Shown in pieces: positions 43,794 through 49,220 of a stretch of DNA of 49,220 nucleotides (position 1 is its first letter; every line of letters starts with the position of its first letter). The stretch is from Dehalococcoidales bacterium (GTDB taxonomy: Bacteria; Chloroflexota; Dehalococcoidia; Dehalococcoidales; DAOWJC01). The stretch spans positions 1 to 49,220 of the forward strand of contig DAOUMH010000005.1 in the NCBI GenBank assembly GCA_034411815.1, in the 5' to 3' direction. The notes under the pieces were generated by a model that was given only the letters and a program-made list of their open reading frames with translations, ran no database searches and was not told the DNA's origin. A program made the translations under genes and the position numbers.

Positions 43794-46700
43794 CTAGATA
43801 GCTATATCCTCTTTGACTTCTCCGCTAGACACCAACTCCGGAGCCTCATCGGAGGCTAAGTAATGGGCTGGAATCAACTTACCGATAATCACATTCTCTT
43901 TAAGCCCTATAAGCTTATCCACTTTACCATAGATAGCCGCCTTGGTAAGCACCCTGGTTGTCTCCTGGAATGAGGCCGATGCCAGCCAGCTATCGGTGCT
44001 CAAAGAGGCTCTAGTTATGCCCATTAATACCGGGTGAGCGGTGGCTGGTTCGCCACCCTCAGCCAGCACCTTACCGTTAACATCCTCGTAATGGAATCTG
44101 TCTACCAGCTCTCCAGCCACTAACTCAGTGTCACCTGGAGAGTCAATACAAACCTTGGATAACATCTGATGGGCAATAACCTCAATATGTTTATCGTTTA
44201 TGTTTACCCCTTGAGACCGGTATACCTTCTGCACCTCATCTACCAGGTACTGCTGTACTGCCTCCCTACCCAAAATATGCAGTATATCCTGCGGATTTAT
44301 AGAGCCATCGGTAAGTTGCTGTCCTGCCTTAACCTGATCACCTGTCTGAACGGAGATAGGGATGGCAGCTGGTACAATATACTCCCGCTCTTCTTTTTCT
44401 TCATATTTAATAGATAGCTGTTCGTCTTCAATGACCACCTCACCGGAAACACGAGCCAAGAGGGCTTTATCCCCGGCAGTCATGGCTGCTGACTGCAATG
44501 TAGCCTCAGCCTTCTGAGGCTGACAGGCTAGCACTGTGCCCATATCTATCCACTGCCCATTGCTCACCATTACCTGCCAGCCGGGAGGCAGTGAATATTC
44601 ATCCTGGAATACCTCGGAGCTAGTAACCTTAATCCTTTCTCCTCCCTCAGTAGGAATTACCTCAACTACCCCATCTATCTCTGAAATAACGGCTTGAGCC
44701 TTGGGTATCCTCACCTCAAAGAGTTCCTCCACCCTCGGTAGACCGCTAGTGATATCAACCCCCACCACACCACCAGTGTGGAAGGTGCGTAGTGTTAGCT
44801 GTGTGCCCGGCTCGCCAATACTCTGGGCAGCAACTATACCCACTGCGGTATTGAAATCAACCAAGCAGCCACGGGCAAGGTCTCGGCCATAACACCGCCG
44901 ACAAGCACCCTGCCTAGACTGGCAGGTCAGTGGAGACCTGACATGAACACTAGTTAATCCAGCGGCTATAATTTCACTCGCCTTCTGCTCATCAATCTCA
45001 TCATTCCGGTCAACAATGATCTTCTTTGTGCGAGGGTCAACCACCCTGCTGGCAGCTAACCGGCCTATTATTCTCTCGACAAGTGACGGCAACATCCCCT
45101 TTTCCTTCGGCTCAGATACCCATACACCATCAGTGGTACCACAATCATCTTGAAGAATAATAACATCCTGAGCAACATCAATAAGGCGTCTAGTGAGGTA
45201 ACCACTGCTTGATGTCCTCAAAGCGGTATCGGCCAATCCTTTACGAGCACCATGTGTAGAGATAAAGTACTCCAGAACGCTGTGACCCTCACGAAGGCTC
45301 GACTTAATAGGAAAGTCAATTATTCTACCTGCCGGGTTGGTCATCAACCCCCGCATGCCTGCCATCTGCCTAATCTGAGAGATATTGCCCTTGGCCCCTG
45401 ATGTTGCCATCATGTAAATACCACCGTAGTGGTCAAGGTTATCGGTAATAGCGTTAGTAAGCTTATCGGTGGTTCCTGTCCATATGTCCACAACACCATT
45501 ATATCTCTCATCTTCGGTAATCAAGCCGTGATGATACTGGTCTTCAATAACAGCCACCCTTCCCTCAGCTTCTTCTAAAAGCTCTGGCTTGCTCTGAGGA
45601 ACCTCAATGTCACTTATGGCTATGGTAGTCCCCGATTTAGTGGCATAGTTGAAGCCCAGTTGTTTAAAGTTATCCAGCACTGCAGCCATATCTTCATCAC
45701 TCAATATCTTATGGCAATCGGTTACTATTTGCTTTAGGTCTGACTTCTCAATTGCCTTATTATGGAATCCCAACTCCGGTGGTAAAGTCTCATTAAAGAT
45801 GATACGACCAGCGCTGGTCTTAAACCTCTGGTTGCTTCCTGCTCCATCTCTGACCTCAATCTCAGCCCTGAGGTCAAGAGCACCGACCTCATAGGCAAGC
45901 TTTGCTTCTTCAAAACTGCCGAAGACCGTACCCTCACCTCCGGCACCAAGTTTAATAGTAGTCAGGTAGTAGCAACCGAGAACCATATCCAGGGTCGGAA
46001 CTACTATTGGCTCACCACTAGACGGTAGCAGTATATTGTGAATGCTGAGCACCACCTCCCTAGCCTCCTCAACAGCAGCCTTAGACAAGGGAATGTGAAC
46101 AGCCATCTGGTCGCCATCAAAATCAGCATTAAAAGCAGGACACACCAGGGGATGAACCCGAATGGCACTACCATCAATAAGCACCGGTTCGAAAGCCTGG
46201 AGACTAAGCCGGTGTAAGGTGGGAGCCCGGTTAAGCAAAACCAGCCGTTCCTTGACAACCTCCTCAAGTATGTCATACACCTCTGGCCTGGTTCTCTCAA
46301 CCAGCCGACGGGCGCTCTTAATATTATAGACAAGGTCCTGCTCTACCAGCCGACGCATAATAAAAGGCTTAAACAACTCCAGTGCCATACGCCTCGGTAA
46401 ACCACACTGGTAGAGTTTGAGCTCAGGGCCAACAACAATGGCCGAGCGCCCGCTATAATCAACCCGCTTTCCTAACAGGTTCTGACGGAAGCGCCCCTGT
46501 TTACCCCGCAGCATGTCCGAGAGTGATTTCAACCTGTGACTGCCACTGACAGACACAGGCACTCCCCTCCTCCCATTATCAATGAGAGAATCGACTGCTT
46601 CCTGAAGCATGCGCTTCTCGTTACGGATGATAATCTCTGGGGCCCCTATCTCTAATAAGTGACGTAATCGATTATTACGATTAATGACTCGCCGGTACAG

Positions 46701-47663
46701 GTCGTTAAGGTCACTGACAGCAAACCTGCCCCCGTCCAGCTGAACCATAGGCCGAAGGTCAGGAGGCAGAACAGGCAACACAGTCATAATCATCCACTCC
46801 GGTTTATTGCCACTACGTCGAAACGCCTCCACTACCTGTAACCGCTTGCTCGCCCTCTTGCGACGCTGACCTGAGGTAGAATGGGCCTCTTGAAGCAGTT
46901 CACTGCGCAGCTCGTCAAGATTAACAAGCCTAAGTAATTGGAAAATAGCTTCCGCACCCACCCCGGCCTCAAAGACCTGCTCATACTTCTGTCTCATCTC
47001 ATGATAGTTATTCTCAGTAAGCAGCATCCGCAACTGGAGGCTCTCCAGACGCTCCACCTCAACAGAAACCTGTCCTCTAAGCTGTTCCTTCTCCTCAACC
47101 CAGTTTCGTCGGAGCTGGTTCACCTCTTCTACTGATGCCTGCTCCATCCCCGCGACTTTAGCCTCCAGCTCGGCCTCCCGCTCAGTTATCTCCTGTAAAC
47201 CCCTCTCCTCAAGCTGCTTAATAGATTCTTGCCGCGCCTCCTCATCTATGGAGGTAATAATATAATGCGAGAAGTACAGGACGCGCTCCAGGTTTCGTGG
47301 CGACAGGTCGAGAAGCAATCCCAACGGACTAGGGATTCCTCTAGCAAACCAGATGTGACTTACCGCAGAAGCTAACTCAATGTGCCCCATCCGTTCCCGT
47401 CGGACTTTAGCCCGGGCTACCTCAACACCACACTTATCACAAACAACCCCCTTGTAACGTATCCCTTTATACTTACCACAAAAACACTCAAAATCCTTAG
47501 TTGGCCCAAAGATTCTCTCGCAGAAAAGCCCATCCCTTTCCGGTTTCAGGGTACGGTAGTTAATTGTCTCCGGCTTAGTTACCTCACCATAGGACCAGCC
47601 TCTAATCTGCTCCGGCGAAGCCAGAGAGATACGGACAGCATCAAAATCGTCAACGTCAAACAT
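43794..47663 (-). CDS. rpoC: DNA-directed RNA polymerase subunit beta'
   Basis: The start is placed at '[28 protein letters not shown]' (ATG 47663, preceded by GGAGGAGGAAA), giving 1289 aa. The zinc motif '[23 protein letters not shown]' and the catalytic '[12 protein letters not shown]' are present. Confidence 0.97.
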   Translation of the reverse strand: MFDVDDFDAVRISLASPEQIRGWSYGEVTKPETINYRTLKPERDGLFCERIFGPTKDFECFCGKYKGIRYKGVVCDKCGVEVARAKVRRERMGHIELASAVSHIWFARGIPSPLGLLLDLSPRNLERVLYFSHYIITSIDEEARQESIKQLEERGLQEITEREAELEAKVAGMEQASVEEVNQLRRNWVEEKEQLRGQVSVEVERLESLQLRMLLTENNYHEMRQKYEQVFEAGVGAEAIFQLLRLVNLDELRSELLQEAHSTSGQRRKRASKRLQVVEAFRRSGNKPEWMIMTVLPVLPPDLRPMVQLDGGRFAVSDLNDLYRRVINRNNRLRHLLEIGAPEIIIRNEKRMLQEAVDSLIDNGRRGVPVSVSGSHRLKSLSDMLRGKQGRFRQNLLGKRVDYSGRSAIVVGPELKLYQCGLPRRMALELFKPFIMRRLVEQDLVYNIKSARRLVERTRPEVYDILEEVVKERLVLLNRAPTLHRLSLQAFEPVLIDGSAIRVHPLVCPAFNADFDGDQMAVHIPLSKAAVEEAREVVLSIHNILLPSSGEPIVVPTLDMVLGCYYLTTIKLGAGGEGTVFGSFEEAKLAYEVGALDLRAEIEVRDGAGSNQRFKTSAGRIIFNETLPPELGFHNKAIEKSDLKQIVTDCHKILSDEDMAAVLDNFKQLGFNYATKSGTTIAISDIEVPQSKPELLEEAEGRVAVIEDQYHHGLITEDERYNGVVDIWTGTTDKLTNAITDNLDHYGGIYMMATSGAKGNISQIRQMAGMRGLMTNPAGRIIDFPIKSSLREGHSVLEYFISTHGARKGLADTALRTSSSGYLTRRLIDVAQDVIILQDDCGTTDGVWVSEPKEKGMLPSLVERIIGRLAASRVVDPRTKKIIVDRNDEIDEQKASEIIAAGLTSVHVRSPLTCQSRQGACRRCYGRDLARGCLVDFNTAVGIVAAQSIGEPGTQLTLRTFHTGGVVGVDITSGLPRVEELFEVRIPKAQAVISEIDGVVEVIPTEGGERIKVTSSEVFQDEYSLPPGWQVMVSNGQWIDMGTVLACQPQKAEATLQSAAMTAGDKALLARVSGEVVIEDEQLSIKYEEKEEREYIVPAAIPISVQTGDQVKAGQQLTDGSINPQDILHILGREAVQQYLVDEVQKVYRSQGVNINDKHIEVIAHQMLSKVCIDSPGDTELVAGELVDRFHYEDVNGKVLAEGGEPATAHPVLMGITRASLSTDSWLASASFQETTRVLTKAAIYGKVDKLIGLKENVIIGKLIPAHYLASDEAPELVSSGEVKEDIAI

Positions 47664-49220
47664 TTTCCTCCTCCACCTCAGCTTCCTGCTCTGTTTCCAG
47701 CTCAGACACCTCGGTGACTTCTTCCTCAGTGGCTTCTCCCTCGATGGCCTCTCCCTCAATGCGTTCTCTCGCAGGAACGGCCTCTTCCTCCTCGGTAATC
47801 ACCTCAATAGCAAGCCCCAAACTCTGCAATTCCTTAACCAGTACCTTAAATGATTCCGGCACGCCAGGCTGAAGGATAGGCTCGTTCTTAATTATAGATT
47901 CGTAGGTCTTGGCCCGACCAACTACATCATCTGACTTGATAGTCAGAAACTCCTGGAGATTGTGAGCAGCACCATAGGCCTCCAGCGCCCATACCTCCAT
48001 CTCGCCGAAGCGCTGTCCCCCGAATTGGGACTTACCACCCAGAGGCTGTTGACTAATCAATGAGTATGGTCCTGTAGAACGAGCATGAACCTTATCTTCA
48101 ACCAAGTGATTCAACTTCATTACATAGACATTGCCGACTGTTACCGGCTGGTCAAATGGTTCGCCGCTGTATCCATCGCGGAGTACAACCTTGCCCTGGA
48201 TAGGCGGAAGAAGGTGCGATTCATTGCTAACCTCGTCTACCTTCTGTTCCAGCTCCTGCAGGTCAAAGTCACGGCTAGCTATACCCAACTCTTCAAGCCA
48301 CAAGCGCAGGCAGACCTCCCTAGCCTCTCCCGGAAAGTCATCACTAAACACCCTGTCCCCGATATAGCCCTGCTCCTCAAGCCACGCTTTGGCCAACTCC
48401 AGTTGCACAGTAGCATCCTTGCCATCAGGGTCAGAGTTGATCGCCCCTGCTTTTTGAGCCAACCAGACCCTAGCCAGCCCATCCTCAATAGCAGTATCGT
48501 CAGCACCGTCAAAGACGGGAGAAAGCACCTTGAAGCCCAGCTTCTGGGCAGCCCAGCCCAAATGAGTTTCCAGAACCTGACCAATATTCATACGGGACGG
48601 CACGCCTATAGGATTAAGTATAATATCCACCGGCGTTCCATCAGGAAGGAAGGGCATATCCTCAACCGGGGCTATAATAGAGATGACCCCCTTATTACCA
48701 TGTCGCCCCGACAGCTTATCTCCCACAGACACCCTCCGCTTCCGAGCAACCCAGACCTGTACCCATTGATTAACCCCTGTAGGCAACCCATCACCAGAGA
48801 AGACCTTAACATTAATAACCTTGCCCCACTCACCATGAGGCACCCGCAGCGAGGTGTCTTTTACCTCTCTGGCTTGCTCACCGAAGATAGCCCGTAAAAG
48901 CTTCTCCTCAGCAGAGAGCTCAGTCTCCCCCCTTGGGGTGATCTTACCTACTAATATGTCGCCCGGGCTCACCTCAGCACCAATCCGAATAATGCCGTAT
49001 TCGTCAAGCTCACGTAAGCTCTCTTCACCAACATTAGGTATGTCTCTCGTGATTTCCTCGGGGCCTAACTTGGTATCTCGAGCTTCCACTTCATACTTCT
49101 CAATATGAATGGAGGTAAACTTATCCTCCTCAACCAAGCGATTGCTGATAATAATAGCATCCTCAAAGTTATAACCCTTCCAACTCATAAAGGCACACAA
49201 CACATTCTGTCCCAGTGCCA
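47656..49220 (-). CDS. rpoB: DNA-directed RNA polymerase subunit beta, C-terminal ~520 aa (5' end outside the window)
   Basis: The frame stays open to the window edge ('..[21 protein letters not shown]'). '[10 protein letters not shown]', '[13 protein letters not shown]' and '[20 protein letters not shown]' are present. The stop overlaps the rpoC start (ATGTTTGA). Confidence 0.97.
   Translation of the reverse strand, partial: ALGQNVLCAFMSWKGYNFEDAIIISNRLVEEDKFTSIHIEKYEVEARDTKLGPEEITRDIPNVGEESLRELDEYGIIRIGAEVSPGDILVGKITPRGETELSAEEKLLRAIFGEQAREVKDTSLRVPHGEWGKVINVKVFSGDGLPTGVNQWVQVWVARKRRVSVGDKLSGRHGNKGVISIIAPVEDMPFLPDGTPVDIILNPIGVPSRMNIGQVLETHLGWAAQKLGFKVLSPVFDGADDTAIEDGLARVWLAQKAGAINSDPDGKDATVQLELAKAWLEEQGYIGDRVFSDDFPGEAREVCLRLWLEELGIASRDFDLQELEQKVDEVSNESHLLPPIQGKVVLRDGYSGEPFDQPVTVGNVYVMKLNHLVEDKVHARSTGPYSLISQQPLGGKSQFGGQRFGEMEVWALEAYGAAHNLQEFLTIKSDDVVGRAKTYESIIKNEPILQPGVPESFKVLVKELQSLGLAIEVITEEEEAVPARERIEGEAIEGEATEEEVTEVSELETEQEAEVEEENV

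Noticed and set aside
47664-47759. 32-codon N-terminal extension of the rpoC ORF ([14 protein letters not shown]...)
   Set aside because: It lies entirely inside the rpoB coding region. The conserved beta' N-terminus 'MFDVDDFD..' begins at the ATG at 47663, which has a strong GGAGGAGG RBS.
48085-48897. 270-aa plus-strand ORF (and others) antisense to rpoB
   Set aside because: It is antisense to a highly conserved RpoB segment and shows no recognisable motifs.
1-49220. tRNA, rRNA, CRISPR arrays, insertion sequences, integrases
   Set aside because: I scanned the intergenic gaps, which are all 225 nt or shorter, and the ORF translations. I found no T-loop-like GGTTCGAAT motifs, no spaced direct-repeat arrays outside the TPR gene, and no DDE or tyrosine-recombinase-like ORFs.

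Overview
This 49.2-kb window is a gene-dense chromosomal segment of about 45 protein genes. I recognised no rRNA, tRNA, CRISPR array, transposase or integrase. Most genes are housekeeping genes in tightly coupled operons:
- aspS-tig-clpP
- prs-DUF2007-secA
- glyA
- udg-rnj-ftsK
- ruvC-ruvA-TPR-uvrB
- yebC, acpS and tgt
- the rpoB 3' end plus rpoC

The gene content includes COG1900-type homocysteine synthesis, fused ETF genes, and family III CoA-transferases next to a TRAP transporter. Together with roughly 50% G+C, this suggests a Chloroflexota/Dehalococcoidia-like bacterium. That is a low-confidence inference.

Regions worth a second look:
1. A markedly AT-rich two-gene Type II restriction-modification cassette (12829-14359) sits inside a housekeeping gene string. 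It lies directly upstream of a stand-alone PolX N-terminal (HhH) fragment and a 235-aa orphan.
2. An eight-gene same-strand block (5494-10344) starts with the known trio COG1900 / NIL-ferredoxin / UPF0280. It continues into a MauE-like CxxC membrane protein, a tandem Ig-like lipoprotein, an FMN oxidoreductase and a second stand-alone NIL protein.
3. A membrane-anchored TPR protein is translationally coupled between ruvA and uvrB. Its gene contains seven 102-bp tandem units, including a 69-nt stretch repeated exactly.
4. A two-gene ETF system is built from fusions (EtfB-EtfA, and FixC/ETF-QO with a ferredoxin tail).
5. A dctPQM plus two CoA-transferase operon carries several unexplained RNA/DNA motifs.

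All family assignments come from motif recognition by eye. No database search was run.
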